Shown here: piece after piece, positions 1-10,114 of the stretch
How positions within the stretch are numbered: the first letter of the stretch is position 1
Layout: each line of letters begins with the position of its first letter
IMG/VR virus record: IMGVR_UViG_3300043811_000032
Location: 34,692 to 98,691 of that record
Reading direction: 5' to 3' (one strand)
Length of the DNA stretch: 64,000 nucleotides
Origin: a virus
Made by a program: the position numbers and the translations under genes
The notes under the pieces: generated by a model
The model's input: the letters and a program-made list of their open reading frames with translations, nothing else
The model's database searches: none
What the model was told of the DNA's origin: nothing

Positions 1-9
1 GTGCTTTGG

Positions 10-825
10 TCACTTCACCCTCCTCGCCCACTGCTGCGGCTTGTCGGCATCGGGGCTGATCGGTAACACAGCTTGCCTCGGTTCTCGCCACAGGTGCTTG
101 TACCGCTTCTCGTCTTCCTCGTAGGCACCTTGCAACGGCCCTCTCTCGGCCTTGGGTTCGTAGCCGAGGGCCTGCACGATGTGCTGCCAGACCATGAACT
201 TGGTCCCGTTAGCCTGGAGCCGTAGCCCGAGGTCGATCTGTGCCTGCGCCGCCGTCTCGTACCCTTCGTCGAAACCACCCACGCTCAGCACCAAGTCCCG
301 CTTGAGGATGCCAAGGAGGAGCAGATTCGCGTTGGGAGTCACACCGGAGACCCGAGCACCCTTGTGGTAGCCGATGGTCCAGAAGTCATCCGACGCCACC
401 ATGTCTGGGTTCAGACCGACGTCACCCCGAGCAAACGCGATGACGTCCATCCGCGTGACCGGATCGACACCCTGCCATCGCTGGTCACGCAGGTCCGGTC
501 TGCCCTCCATGTACTTGCACAGGATCGCGTCGTCGTCCCAGTCGCGGTCGAGGCTACCGGGGAGCCACACCCCGTCGTCCGCCGCCCAGGTGACGTACTC
601 GCCTCGACAGTGGAGCAGTGCCCGCTGCTGGCAGTGGCACGGGCTGCCATCGTCGGCGATGAATCGCCATCGGCCTCCCACCCACTCTGCCCCGCTCTCG
701 ACGTCTCGTGGACCTATCGCCGCCATCTCCCACGGGTAGCGGCCGTTGACTGCCTTCTCAGTGCTGGTCCACAGTTCGCGCAGGTTGTGGGGGCGGATGG
801 TCGGTACGATGATGCTGAGCTTCAC
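10..825 (-). CDS. Glycosyltransferase family 2 (GT-A)
   Basis: KLSIIVPT start, GEYVTWAADD (xDD), VGGFDEGY...IDLGLRL. Confidence 0.85.
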   Translation of the reverse strand: MKLSIIVPTIRPHNLRELWTSTEKAVNGRYPWEMAAIGPRDVESGAEWVGGRWRFIADDGSPCHCQQRALLHCRGEYVTWAADDGVWLPGSLDRDWDDDAILCKYMEGRPDLRDQRWQGVDPVTRMDVIAFARGDVGLNPDMVASDDFWTIGYHKGARVSGVTPNANLLLLGILKRDLVLSVGGFDEGYETAAQAQIDLGLRLQANGTKFMVWQHIVQALGYEPKAERGPLQGAYEEDEKRYKHLWREPRQAVLPISPDADKPQQWARRVK

Positions 826-1130
826 GATGGATCGAATCTCCGGTATGGCGCCATCAACTGCTCGTATGCCGCTCGGTCGCTAGCACGTAAAAAAGCGTAG
901 ATAGAACTTTCCGAGGCACCTACCAACTCCTTCGGGATCCCGAACGCCTTTAGAATCATGTTCCGCATTCGCCGCACAAAAGCATCAGGCGTATCGTCTA
1001 CAAGCAACGGCACCCGGTACAGTTCCGCCAACTCCGTCTCGCCGTCCTCCATCAAGGCGTCGACCAGAGCGAACCGACAATCGGCACCGGCGTCGAGGGC
1101 GTCACGGAGAGCGGTGCAAGTCGCGTTCAT
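822..1130 (-). CDS. Hypothetical protein, TIGR02996-like N-terminus
   Basis: RFALVDALMEDGETELAELYR resembles the RLvyADWLeE.Gd..RAE motif; coupled to both neighbours. Confidence 0.5.
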   Translation of the reverse strand: MNATCTALRDALDAGADCRFALVDALMEDGETELAELYRVPLLVDDTPDAFVRRMRNMILKAFGIPKELVGASESSIYAFLRASDRAAYEQLMAPYRRFDPS

Positions 1131-2005
1131 TCGCCCATCACCGTTGCCCAGAACTTCTGAGGCGGGTACTTGTCCCTGACCTTCTGCAGCATCCGCTTGG
1201 CGTACAGCGTACAGATGTCGTGGTAGCCACGGGACTGCACCACGTCAAGGATGTCCCGTGGCCGCTCCTCGTCGAACTCGAAGTAGTCCACGTTCGGCTC
1301 AAACCAGTGGGCCAGCGGGCTGCCCTTCGCCTCGAACAGGGCACTGCCGCCGAGCGCCGCCTCGATGCACCGGCCCTTCACGTGTCTAGCCATCGCCCGT
1401 CGCGGGTCGCCGATCCAGGCCGAGTTGAGCGTGGCCCAGCACCGCTTGACGAACCGAACGTACTCGGCGTCCGGTCCCGGTGGATTGCCTTTGTCACGCA
1501 CGGTCACGAAGTCGGCTAGCTGCCGGAAGAGCCTCGCACGCGGATGGTCGTCGCTGATGCCGCCGCCGAAGCCCAGCTCGATATTCTTAGCTTCCGATGG
1601 ACCTACCCACCTGTCCGGGTCATTAGGGCTCGGGAACACGAAGTCCACGTCCACTCCAGGTGTACCATCCACCGCCGTCGTCAGGTCGAACACCTGCTGC
1701 TCACGGTACGCTTTCAGGTGCGACCACCAATCGGGGCAGGCCGCGTCCCAGCAGATGAACACCGAGCGACACTGGGTGCGTACCCACTTGAGCGAGTTGA
1801 GCAGTGGCTGTCCCACTCCCAACGAACCGCTGAACACCGCCACGTCCGGCTTGTGCTTGGTTACCGCTTGGTGGATGCGTAGATCAGAGCAACCGGGCAG
1901 GAAGCCGTAGTGCTCGACGATGGCTCCTAGATGCCGCTCCGCCCAGCGCAGACACACGTCCCTTATCTGTGAGTCTTCTTGGATCAGCAGGAGCAGTTTC
2001 TTCAT
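1127..2005 (-). CDS. Glycosyltransferase, GT-B, CgeB/YkvP-like
   Basis: C-terminal KGRCIEAALGGSALF...WFEPNVDYFEF typical of Glyco_trans_1_2. Confidence 0.7.
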   Translation of the reverse strand: MKKLLLLIQEDSQIRDVCLRWAERHLGAIVEHYGFLPGCSDLRIHQAVTKHKPDVAVFSGSLGVGQPLLNSLKWVRTQCRSVFICWDAACPDWWSHLKAYREQQVFDLTTAVDGTPGVDVDFVFPSPNDPDRWVGPSEAKNIELGFGGGISDDHPRARLFRQLADFVTVRDKGNPPGPDAEYVRFVKRCWATLNSAWIGDPRRAMARHVKGRCIEAALGGSALFEAKGSPLAHWFEPNVDYFEFDEERPRDILDVVQSRGYHDICTLYAKRMLQKVRDKYPPQKFWATVMGE

Positions 2006-2871
2006 CGCGGTGTATGCTCAGGGCAACGCCAACCATTCGCAAACTGGGGATACTCACAGTGCCCAACCATCCAAGGTTCGGGTCTGCCTCCCTCTTGCCA
2101 CGGCTTCATTTCTCGCGGGCATACTCGACAATTACGACCGCCCACACCAACGAAGTTTCCTTTCACCTGGCAGCTCCAAGGCAACGCTTCTTGCCCTACC
2201 TTGAGACCGACCCCAAACCACGACTTGTCTTGATCATACTGCTCAACGAACTCCAACCACTCCTGATCCTTTGCAGTGATTTCGTTCCAGTGCCGGCCTA
2301 CGTCTGGATCAAGACACGAGCAAATATCATGGAACGCCACGTGCTTGCAATGTGGAGATACCAGCCGATGGTCTCGTCGCACGCTCGCGAGGTCGTGGCT
2401 GGCATCGATGAAGCACAGGTCCCATTTGGTATCCCGCAACTCGGCTCGCACTTCGTCGCTATCCGTATCGGCTTCGATGTAACTAAACCGTCGCATCGAG
2501 CCATACTCCTTCACGTTAGGATATGGCGGTCGGCGGTCGACCCCGCAGGCTCGCTTCACCTCCCAGAACTTGCCGAGGAACTCCACCGTCGCCACGAAGC
2601 TGCCGCCCGGCCCAACGCCCAGCTCCATGTAACTCTCGATGGGTCCGAGGTCCAGCAAGGCGAGCAAGTAGCGGGCAAACTGGTTCGGGTACTGGCACAG
2701 GTGCAGTCCACAGTCGGTCGGCATCCAGCGCGGGTAGACCCGGTCACTGTAGCCCTTGACCCACGTCCGCACGCCGCAGTGGCATAGCAACCCGTGCAGG
2801 TAGTCGTAGCAACGTAGTTCCCGCTGACTGCTGGCACGGAACAGCGACACGCACTCGGAGAAGCTGATCAC
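2002..2871 (-). CDS. Class I SAM-dependent methyltransferase (Methyltransf_24-like, probable sugar O-methyltransferase)
   Basis: YMELGVGPGGS motif I; DLCFIDASH...VRRD...VAFHDI. Confidence 0.8.
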   Translation of the reverse strand: MISFSECVSLFRASSQRELRCYDYLHGLLCHCGVRTWVKGYSDRVYPRWMPTDCGLHLCQYPNQFARYLLALLDLGPIESYMELGVGPGGSFVATVEFLGKFWEVKRACGVDRRPPYPNVKEYGSMRRFSYIEADTDSDEVRAELRDTKWDLCFIDASHDLASVRRDHRLVSPHCKHVAFHDICSCLDPDVGRHWNEITAKDQEWLEFVEQYDQDKSWFGVGLKVGQEALPWSCQVKGNFVGVGGRNCRVCPREMKPWQEGGRPEPWMVGHCEYPQFANGWRCPEHTPR

Positions 2872-3803
2872 AGCAGCTGCACCGCCTTCGCCACTTCTTT
2901 GATCCCGTCCTCCAACGACCGCTTGGCCTCGAAGCCGGTGGCACGGAGCCGAGCACTGCTCACCTCGTAGTCACGCTTATCGGGGTCATTACTGTGTATC
3001 GCTTCGTGAATGACGAACGGCTCGCCAACTATGTGGTACACTTTCCTAGCCATCTCCAGCTTCGTGCAATTCGCTGAGTCATTGCCGAGGTTCCACGGCT
3101 TGCCGACCATCTTCATGGTCACATCACACCAATTCATCTCACTGCTCCGAACCGCCCACGCAAAGCAGTCCGCCACGTCCTGCACGTGGACGTAGTTGCG
3201 GCGGGCGTGGCCCTCGAACAGCACTATGGCTCGGTCCTGGACGGCCCGACGGGTGAAGTCGTTCACCAGCAGGTCCCAGCGCATCGCCGGGCTGACGCCG
3301 AACACCGTGGCGAGCCGGAAGCTGACCGTGTTGGGTGAGTCGAGCACCATCTCCTCGGCCATCTTCTTGCTCTTGCCGTAGACGCTCACCGGTTCCAGTG
3401 GCGTGTCCTCGTCACAGACCTTACCCGGCGCCGTCCTACCGTAACCCGAGTTGGTCATCGGGAACAAGAGCAACTGACCCGTGCGGCGACGTGCCAGCAG
3501 CATGCGGATCGCCTGGCTGTTGACCTTCCAAGCGTTGTCAGGGTCACGGTCGCAGGCGGTCAGGCCAACCACACCGGCCAGCGGGATCACCGCATCAGCC
3601 TTGTCGAGCAACGGCTGCAAGACATCCTCATCGAAGCACTGGCCGCGAACGAACTCGAAGTTGGGATGCCCGCATACCGGCAGCAGACCGGCACCGCCCC
3701 GACTCAGGTTGTCGAGCACCGTCACCTCGTGCCCATCGGCCAGCAGCCGCGGCACCATGACGCTCCCGAGGAATCCGCAACCCCCGGTAATGAGGATCTT
3801 CAC
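2868..3803 (-). CDS. Extended SDR NDP-sugar enzyme, Cj1427-like GDP-heptose 4-dehydrogenase
   Basis: ITGGCGFLG, TNSGYG, YGKSK, FRLATVFGVSP.MR.DLLVNDF, DPDKRDY match my recollection of C. jejuni Cj1427. Confidence 0.8.
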   Translation of the reverse strand: MKILITGGCGFLGSVMVPRLLADGHEVTVLDNLSRGGAGLLPVCGHPNFEFVRGQCFDEDVLQPLLDKADAVIPLAGVVGLTACDRDPDNAWKVNSQAIRMLLARRRTGQLLLFPMTNSGYGRTAPGKVCDEDTPLEPVSVYGKSKKMAEEMVLDSPNTVSFRLATVFGVSPAMRWDLLVNDFTRRAVQDRAIVLFEGHARRNYVHVQDVADCFAWAVRSSEMNWCDVTMKMVGKPWNLGNDSANCTKLEMARKVYHIVGEPFVIHEAIHSNDPDKRDYEVSSARLRATGFEAKRSLEDGIKEVAKAVQLL

Positions 3804-3970
3804 TTGCAAGCCCTCGCAAGAAGGACTTGCAAAGCCGTCATGATGATTACTTGATTTGACATCACAAAGCTAAAGCATTCACCCGAGTTAGTATACTTAT
3901 CAGAGTTCGCGAACTTCTCCGTTAGTTTAATGGCCTCAGCTAGGATTCTGATCGCTTCTTCAATCTCCAT
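3800..3970 (-). CDS. Small hypothetical protein (56 aa, MEIEEAIRIL...)
   Basis: Translated by hand, below track cutoff; GGAG RBS; GTGA overlap with the next gene. Confidence 0.55.
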   Translation of the reverse strand: MEIEEAIRILAEAIKLTEKFANSDKYTNSGECFSFVMSNQVIIMTALQVLLARACK

Positions 3971-3983
3971 GTTTCATGCTCTC

Positions 3984-4907
3984 CTACAGTTGCTGCTCCA
4001 CCGTTGCACCTTCGTCGTCGAACTCTACCGCCTCGGGCCTGCAGTCCAGTCTCTCCATCGCCAGCATCACGTCCAGCCGCCGCTCCTCGGGAACGCACAG
4101 CAGCAGGTAGCCGCCGAGTCCCGCCCCGCACAGCTTGCCGCCCCAAGCACCAGTATCCATCGCGGCGGCGTACAGTATGTCCGCTCGCTCCGTCGTGCAG
4201 TTGCTAGAGCGCTTCTTCGCGTTCCAAGCATAGTGCAGATGCCTGCCGAACTTCTCAAGGTCGTCGTTGAGCAGTGCCGAAGTCATCACGAACGCTTGCC
4301 CCTTGAGGATCATCATCGTCTCGAACTGACTGCCAACGTTCTCCGCCAACCGCTTCTGTATCCCAGCATGCGTGCGGGCGGCACCGGTGTGGACCAGCAC
4401 CAGGCTACGTTGTAACGCCTCCCTGGTCTGGTCCGGCAGCACCACCGGCGAGACTTGGATCACCTCCTTAGTAAGAGAAGAGTCAGCTGCATTTGCATGC
4501 GGTGCCTCCTTCTTGCTAGGGAACTCGATCAGGTTCAGGCCGCCGAACGCCGCTGCATACTGGTCCTGCTTGCCGCCCGCTATCCGCAAGTGCTTCCGTT
4601 CCATCACATACGCGGCCTCAGCAAGATCGTGCTTGCTCCGCTCGATGCCGAGGCGGGCATCCATCGCCCTTATGATCGCCACGCACACACTGGAGCTGCC
4701 GCCAAGACCGCTGCCGGGAGGGGCGTCACACTTGACGTTGACGCTCAGCTCGCCGTTGTACGTCAGCTCGCAATGAGCATAGCGTTTGATGGTTGCGCTC
4801 AGCACCGCGCCGCCGTGGACGTCGCTGAACTCTGGCAGGTCCGTACCACCGCCGGCGAAGCTGACCCGCAACGGGGCTCGGGTACGGACGGTCGAGTGGT
4901 GAATCAC
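3984..4907 (-). CDS. hddA: GHMP kinase, D-glycero-alpha-D-manno-heptose-7-phosphate kinase-like
   Basis: RAPLRVSFAGGGTD, PPGSGLGGSS, GGKQDQYAAAFGG, GGKLCGAGLGG. Confidence 0.85.
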   Translation of the reverse strand: MIHHSTVRTRAPLRVSFAGGGTDLPEFSDVHGGAVLSATIKRYAHCELTYNGELSVNVKCDAPPGSGLGGSSSVCVAIIRAMDARLGIERSKHDLAEAAYVMERKHLRIAGGKQDQYAAAFGGLNLIEFPSKKEAPHANAADSSLTKEVIQVSPVVLPDQTREALQRSLVLVHTGAARTHAGIQKRLAENVGSQFETMMILKGQAFVMTSALLNDDLEKFGRHLHYAWNAKKRSSNCTTERADILYAAAMDTGAWGGKLCGAGLGGYLLLCVPEERRLDVMLAMERLDCRPEAVEFDDEGATVEQQL

Positions 4908-5128
4908 TTCTTCCGCACCCTCGTAACCTTGTACTTTTTACCGATATCTACGCCTGCTTCCAAGTCGTCCGCAAACTGTCGCAACCGACTGGCTATCTTC
5001 TCTACCACGGATGGCTTTGCCTTCTCTAAGCAGTCGCAGGGCATCATGTCAGCGAACCTGTTGCAGCATCCAATCGTGGCGTGGCTCCTCGCTTCCATCA
5101 CTTCTGCCCGCGTTCGTTGCTTCGCCAT
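4904..5128 (-). CDS. Small hypothetical protein
   Basis: Fills the gap, coupled overlap with hddA. Confidence 0.6.
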   Translation of the reverse strand: MAKQRTRAEVMEARSHATIGCCNRFADMMPCDCLEKAKPSVVEKIASRLRQFADDLEAGVDIGKKYKVTRVRKK

Positions 5129-5129
5129 G

Positions 5130-6095
5130 CTATATCCTCACGTTGGGGTACTCGGATGCGAACCAATCGTACGCACGATTGAGCGCCTCGCCCAGCGGCT
5201 CGAACCGGAAGTCGGGCAGCAGGGACCGCAGCAGGCTCGTGTCGGTCGGGCGGCGGCGCTGGCCGTTGGGCTTGTCGGTCTCGTACGTTGGAAACGGCTC
5301 GCGTCGTCCAACCGCCTTGTGGAGCTGGTCCACCAACTCACGGATCGTCACCGATTCACCGCTGCTCACGATCAGCCGCGGTGGTAGCTCGGGTAGGTCG
5401 ACCAGCCGCATCACGATCCTCGCCACGTCATCACTGCTCAAGAACTCTCGCTCGCTGCTGCCGTCGCCCCACACCCGCAGGGGCTCGCCGTTCTTGCGTG
5501 CCTGGTAGAGCTTATGGATCAAGGCGGGTACCACGTGGCAGGTGCCGAGGCGGTAGTTGTCGTGCGTACCGAAGATGTTGGCCGGGATGAGCGTGCATCC
5601 CTGGAGCCCGTGCTGCTTAGCCGCTCCGTCGATCAGCACGTCAATCATCCGCTTGGCGTGACCGTAGTGCCAGTTCTGGACCGGAGGCATTCCTCGGTGC
5701 AGATCGCCTTCCTCCAAGCCTCGTATGTTTGCACGTTCTGCGTCCAGAGCGACATAAGCAGGCATCGCACACACGCTGCTGAACGCGATCAACCGTGCCT
5801 TGTGACGGACGCAGGCATCGACCACGTTGCAGGCCATCAACAGGTTCTTGTGGCACAGGTCGTAGGGCGCCTCCGTCTGCTGGCCGATGCCGCCCACGAA
5901 GGCCGCGGCGTGGATGACAACGTCGGGCTTGACTGCATCAAAGGCTTCATCAATATGTGACGGATAGCACAGGTCACCGAACTTGCCAGCATAAGCACCC
6001 TTGACACGAACCGAGAACACCATCTCGTGCTTCGTCTCGACCCGCCGCAGGGCCTGTCCTACAAGTCCGTCGCTGCCCGTACAAAGTATCCTCAT
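5130..6095 (-). CDS. fcl: GDP-L-fucose synthase/ColC-like NDP-4-keto-sugar epimerase/reductase
   Basis: TGSDGLVG, HAAAFVGGI, YGHAKR, HVVPALIHK, VWGDGSSEREFL, KPNGQRRR. Confidence 0.85.
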   Translation of the reverse strand: MRILCTGSDGLVGQALRRVETKHEMVFSVRVKGAYAGKFGDLCYPSHIDEAFDAVKPDVVIHAAAFVGGIGQQTEAPYDLCHKNLLMACNVVDACVRHKARLIAFSSVCAMPAYVALDAERANIRGLEEGDLHRGMPPVQNWHYGHAKRMIDVLIDGAAKQHGLQGCTLIPANIFGTHDNYRLGTCHVVPALIHKLYQARKNGEPLRVWGDGSSEREFLSSDDVARIVMRLVDLPELPPRLIVSSGESVTIRELVDQLHKAVGRREPFPTYETDKPNGQRRRPTDTSLLRSLLPDFRFEPLGEALNRAYDWFASEYPNVRI

Positions 6096-6268
6096 GGCTG
6101 CTCTTCCGTAGAGATGGCGAACACTGTTCCAGACAACTTGGCCGTCTTGAAGTTCTCGATGAGCACTTGCTTCACTGCCTCTGTCTGCTTCAAGTCGCTG
6201 ATCTTAAACGGCCCCACCGACTGCAGACCGTGTTCCTGTGTCAGGATGCAGTACGTCACTAGTACCAT
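6092..6268 (-). CDS. Small hypothetical protein (58 aa, MVLVTYCILT...)
   Basis: Translated by hand; GGAGG RBS; ATGA overlap with the fcl start. Confidence 0.55.
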   Translation of the reverse strand: MVLVTYCILTQEHGLQSVGPFKISDLKQTEAVKQVLIENFKTAKLSGTVFAISTEEQP

Positions 6269-7892
6269 CACCGTTGCCCTCCAGCAGGTTGCGTTGCAGT
6301 CGCTTGCCGTTCATCGCCTCGACCTGTGCCTTCGCGTCGGTGCCGAACTCCCGCTCGACGAGTGCCAGGTACTCGGGACGGGAGAAGTAGAAATTGTGAG
6401 CGTAGTCCCGGAATCGCAGCACTTGTCCGCTGGTTAGATGCTTCGTGGCCATCGGAGTGCAGTCGCGGCTGTGCTGGCTGAACGCGCTCCACTCCAGACC
6501 ATGGTGGCTGGGTGTCTGCTTCCACAGGGCACTGCCTGGATATGGCATAGCGCTGTAGAAGTTGGCCCACGGCGTGTTCAACATCGTCGCCAACTTCAAC
6601 GTCTGATCCATCGACGTGTGGTCGTCCTCGGGTAGACCAAAGATGTAGTTGGCGAGCACGTGAATGCCAGCCGCTTGGATGCGGTCAACGCACTGACGGA
6701 TCTGATCATCGCCACCCTTGTAGTCTTTGTCCACGCCTGCTCGCACGTTGGTCGCTGCCGACTCGATGCCCAGCGCCAGCCAGCGGAAGCCGGCACGACG
6801 CATCCGTTCCAGCAGCCCACGGTCGTTGGCCGTATCCACCCGTGCGTACGCCCATACATTCAAAACTTCAGCTGGATCCTTGATCCGCTGCATGATGGCG
6901 TCGCACACGCCCTCGACGTGGCGCTTGTTCAGGACGAACATCTCGTCGGCGATCTTGATGTTGCCGACACCGTGATCGTAGTGGAGCTTGGCGATCTGCT
7001 GGCCAACGTGCTCGGGGCTCCAGGTGCGGTAGCTGTTGGGCACCTCAGCACCCGGCTTGAACTTGCCGGCCAGCTTCAGTGCGACCTTCTCGCCCTCCTT
7101 GAACGGCGATTGTATACAGCAGAAGCTGCAGGCGAACGGACAACCAAGACTGGTGTAGATGGCGGCGTAGGGCGAGCGGGTTCTTGTTGCCTTGTTGCCT
7201 TTGTACGTTATCCCACCAGCATCTTGAGCAAAGTACTCCAATCTATGAGCGACATCCCAAGTAGGTGAGGTCCAGCCGTGCCAATTGTGACAGCGATACT
7301 TACCGTAGCTCTCGATGCCGTGCATCGCCGGCATGTCCGCGTTCACGTCCGTCACGTTCGGGGCGCTGGTCGTCTCGAAGTAGGTCCGTGCGGCGAACGG
7401 GCTGGGACCGTAGAAGCCGATGCCACGGACGTCGTGATGGTTACGCCCTTGGAGCAACTCCGCGATGCTGGTGCAGCCCTCGCCCGTGCACACGTAGTCA
7501 GCACCTGACTCCCGCAGCGTGCGGTCGGGCAACGCGGCGACGTGTCCGCCTACCATCACCACCTTGGTCGCCTCGTCCCACGCCTTGGCTGAGTAGCTGA
7601 TCCGGTACGCCTCGGGCATCGTCTGCGTGCTGGCCGATGGGTTCTGGCCGTAGCACACAACGGCTGTGAGTCGGGGCTTGCGGTCCGCCGCCACCTTGCC
7701 GGCGTCACCAGCGTCCAGCCCCTCGGCGTTGGCATCGAGGATCTCCACGCTGAAGCCCTTGCGACGGACGTACTCGGCGATCAGACCGGCCCACACAGGC
7801 GGCTCTATCGCGGTCAGGTCTTCGGCGAGGTCTTGATAAACTTCTCGCCTGCCTCCCGGTGAGACTAACAACAAGTCGATTTGCTTGGTCAT
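6204..7892 (-). CDS. B12-binding radical SAM protein (class B methyltransferase-like)
   Basis: Cobalamin domain (EPPVWAGLIA...ILDANAE...VGGHVAALP); GCPFACSFC CxxxCxxC; LGIES, IFGLP, PYPGS. Confidence 0.9.
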   Translation of the reverse strand: MTKQIDLLLVSPGGRREVYQDLAEDLTAIEPPVWAGLIAEYVRRKGFSVEILDANAEGLDAGDAGKVAADRKPRLTAVVCYGQNPSASTQTMPEAYRISYSAKAWDEATKVVMVGGHVAALPDRTLRESGADYVCTGEGCTSIAELLQGRNHHDVRGIGFYGPSPFAARTYFETTSAPNVTDVNADMPAMHGIESYGKYRCHNWHGWTSPTWDVAHRLEYFAQDAGGITYKGNKATRTRSPYAAIYTSLGCPFACSFCCIQSPFKEGEKVALKLAGKFKPGAEVPNSYRTWSPEHVGQQIAKLHYDHGVGNIKIADEMFVLNKRHVEGVCDAIMQRIKDPAEVLNVWAYARVDTANDRGLLERMRRAGFRWLALGIESAATNVRAGVDKDYKGGDDQIRQCVDRIQAAGIHVLANYIFGLPEDDHTSMDQTLKLATMLNTPWANFYSAMPYPGSALWKQTPSHHGLEWSAFSQHSRDCTPMATKHLTSGQVLRFRDYAHNFYFSRPEYLALVEREFGTDAKAQVEAMNGKRLQRNLLEGNGDGTSDVLHPDTGTRSAVGGAV

Positions 7893-8137
7893 TCTGATGC
7901 TGGCCCGCCGCAAGAGTAGCGATGCACTTCTACGTCAACACCCAAAGCCTTCAACTCATCGGCTTGTTCCGTCGCCTGTTTCTCGTCGGTATAGGCATAA
8001 TCTTCCATCTTGATCGGGTTCTTCACCGTTGGCTGCATTGGTAGAAAAGCCAGTGCCTCACGACTCCACACCAAACTACCATAGCCGATGACGTAGATAT
8101 CTGGAGGTAGTTCCTCGCCAATCTTCTCCTCGCTCAC
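7889..8137 (-). CDS. Hypothetical protein
   Basis: Overlaps at both ends. Confidence 0.6.
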   Translation of the reverse strand: MSEEKIGEELPPDIYVIGYGSLVWSREALAFLPMQPTVKNPIKMEDYAYTDEKQATEQADELKALGVDVEVHRYSCGGPASE

Positions 8138-8625
8138 GTTACTACCCTCATAGACTTCTCGCCGGCCACCAGTTGCTCCGCCAGTCTGCGGGTCTCCTCC
8201 TTCACCTCTTCGGCGGTCCAGTAGTATTGCTGTCGACCGAACAGCCCACCTAGCCTCAATGAGTAAGACGGAGACATGTCATCGCAGTGGGCGCAGTCAA
8301 AACCGAACCACCAGACGTCGTCCGGCTCCCCTGGATTCGGCACATGACAAACGCAACCGGCACACTGGTGAGCGTAGGTGATACCACCGTGTGCTTCTAG
8401 GTGCTCAGTCTCCGGCTCGCTATATCCTTTGCCGTGTAGCGGATGCTCTGGCGGTATCCCAACGTAACCGCACCACGAACCTCCACCACCGCGATGGATG
8501 ATGCACGGGAAACCGGCGTGCTCGAACTGTTGTCGGTCCGGTCCCTCGTCCTGCCAAGGCCCGGGACCCCAGCTCGTCTTATCCGCATACTGTTCGCAAG
8601 AAGGACAAGAATGCTGCTCGCTCAT
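8134..8625 (-). CDS. Conserved phage hypothetical protein (CGYV...HGG.TY...WWFGFDCAH)
   Basis: Recognisable phage motif set; ATGA coupling. Confidence 0.7.
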   Translation of the reverse strand: MSEQHSCPSCEQYADKTSWGPGPWQDEGPDRQQFEHAGFPCIIHRGGGGSWCGYVGIPPEHPLHGKGYSEPETEHLEAHGGITYAHQCAGCVCHVPNPGEPDDVWWFGFDCAHCDDMSPSYSLRLGGLFGRQQYYWTAEEVKEETRRLAEQLVAGEKSMRVVT

Positions 8626-9851
8626 GATGCTACCCTCGCTGGTGCTAGTTCGTTCAACTCCTCGCACAGTCGCAATATCGCCTCTCGTTCCAGCCCCGGA
8701 TGATTGCCGACGTACCATCCGTAGTGGTGGATGTGCTCGGCGACCGGGAACCGCTCGTGGTAGTGCTCGCCGTAGATCCGCTTCAGGTACGGCTGCCTAA
8801 GTTGATTGCCACCACCGGCAACACCTCGCCTAAACTCAACACCGTGACGTCGCAGTAGTCCCTCCACCGCATCCCGCAGGGTTGTATCAGGGCGCTGGAG
8901 GACGAGGGTGAAGGCGTAACTAGAGCACCCTTCGATGGCAAAGTCCGTTTGGTAGACTTCCGGGTCGAGGTGCTGCAGGAACGTCTTGAGATTCTCGTTG
9001 CGTTTCGCATTGTTCTCGTCCAGTCGCTTGAGCTGCTCGATGCCCAGCACCGCGCCGATCTCAGTGTTGCGGCAGTTGAAGCCAGGCAGGGCGAACACAA
9101 ACTCGGGGTTGAGGTCGGGATGCTTGTGGTGCACGTGCCGCTTGTAGCCATCGCCGCCGCACTCGCGGGTCATGCCGTGGCCCCGCAGCATCCGCACCGT
9201 GCGGGCAAACTCGTCGTCGTCAGTCGCTACGATCCCACCCTCTATCGTCGTCATGTGATGGGCGTAGTACGTCGAGAAGTTCGATGCGAGTCCGAACGAG
9301 CCAACCTTCTTGCCCCAATATAGGGTCTCGGTGTTGATTGCACCGACAGCCTCACAGCAATCCTCAATGACCACCGGCCCCCAATCTTCCGGCGACTTGT
9401 TACAGACCACGTCCAGCGCCGCGTTGTTGAAGGCATTGTATCCCATGCAATGCGTTGGGAAAATTGCGAGCGGTCGCTCATCCTTGAGCGACTTCGCTAC
9501 CGACGATCCATCCATCCCCAGCGTCCGTCTGTCCACGTCCACGAACACCGGCTCCAGCCCGGCGTGCAACACGCTCGTGATGTCGCTACTCCACGTCAGC
9601 GTTGGCACCACCACCTTGCCCGGTCCGCGTAGCTCCTTGAGGGCGTGCATAGTCAGGAGGTTAGCGCTGCTGCCCGAGTTGACGAACACCGAGTGCTTGA
9701 CTCCCAGCCACTCGCTGAACTTGGCCTCGAACTCGCGGACCTTCGTGCCCTGCGTCAATCGCGGATCGTCCTGCGAGAGCAGCGCCTTCACCGCGTCGAG
9801 GTCCGAGCGGTGGAAGTTCTGTTGCATCAGGGGCCAGTTGAACTTGGTCAC
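8622..9851 (-). CDS. DegT/DnrJ-family PLP enzyme, ColD/E1-type NDP-4-keto-sugar 3-dehydratase
   Basis: VNSGSSANLL, IEDCCEA, STYYAHHMTTIEGG with His in place of the Schiff-base Lys. Confidence 0.85.
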   Translation of the reverse strand: MTKFNWPLMQQNFHRSDLDAVKALLSQDDPRLTQGTKVREFEAKFSEWLGVKHSVFVNSGSSANLLTMHALKELRGPGKVVVPTLTWSSDITSVLHAGLEPVFVDVDRRTLGMDGSSVAKSLKDERPLAIFPTHCMGYNAFNNAALDVVCNKSPEDWGPVVIEDCCEAVGAINTETLYWGKKVGSFGLASNFSTYYAHHMTTIEGGIVATDDDEFARTVRMLRGHGMTRECGGDGYKRHVHHKHPDLNPEFVFALPGFNCRNTEIGAVLGIEQLKRLDENNAKRNENLKTFLQHLDPEVYQTDFAIEGCSSYAFTLVLQRPDTTLRDAVEGLLRRHGVEFRRGVAGGGNQLRQPYLKRIYGEHYHERFPVAEHIHHYGWYVGNHPGLEREAILRLCEELNELAPARVAS

Positions 9852-10114
9852 TTGCTCAGCTTTCTCTTGAGTCGAGTGTCTGGTCCACCAGTTGGATAGC
9901 AACGATACCCACCGCCACACGCCTCCCGTCCCTGTTCCGGCTTGTCGATGCGGTTGTCACGTCGCACAGTAGCATTCTTCGGCAACCGAAAGTGCTTCTT
10001 CCTCACAGTGGTATCTCCGTTCAGCCAGTCGGGATCGTTGCGTGCATAGTAAGCATCCAACGACGACCACCGCTTCCAGGTCCCATCCTGCCAAACCGTG
10101 ATGCACTCATCCAT
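9848..10114 (-). CDS. Hypothetical protein
   Basis: Coupled ORF. Confidence 0.5.
   Translation of the reverse strand: MDECITVWQDGTWKRWSSLDAYYARNDPDWLNGDTTVRKKHFRLPKNATVRRDNRIDKPEQGREACGGGYRCYPTGGPDTRLKRKLSK

Noticed and set aside
3856-3900. TTGACA/TATACT plus-strand promoter in an AT-rich gap
   Set aside because: Spacing is far too long, and the gap is a coupled 56-aa minus-strand ORF
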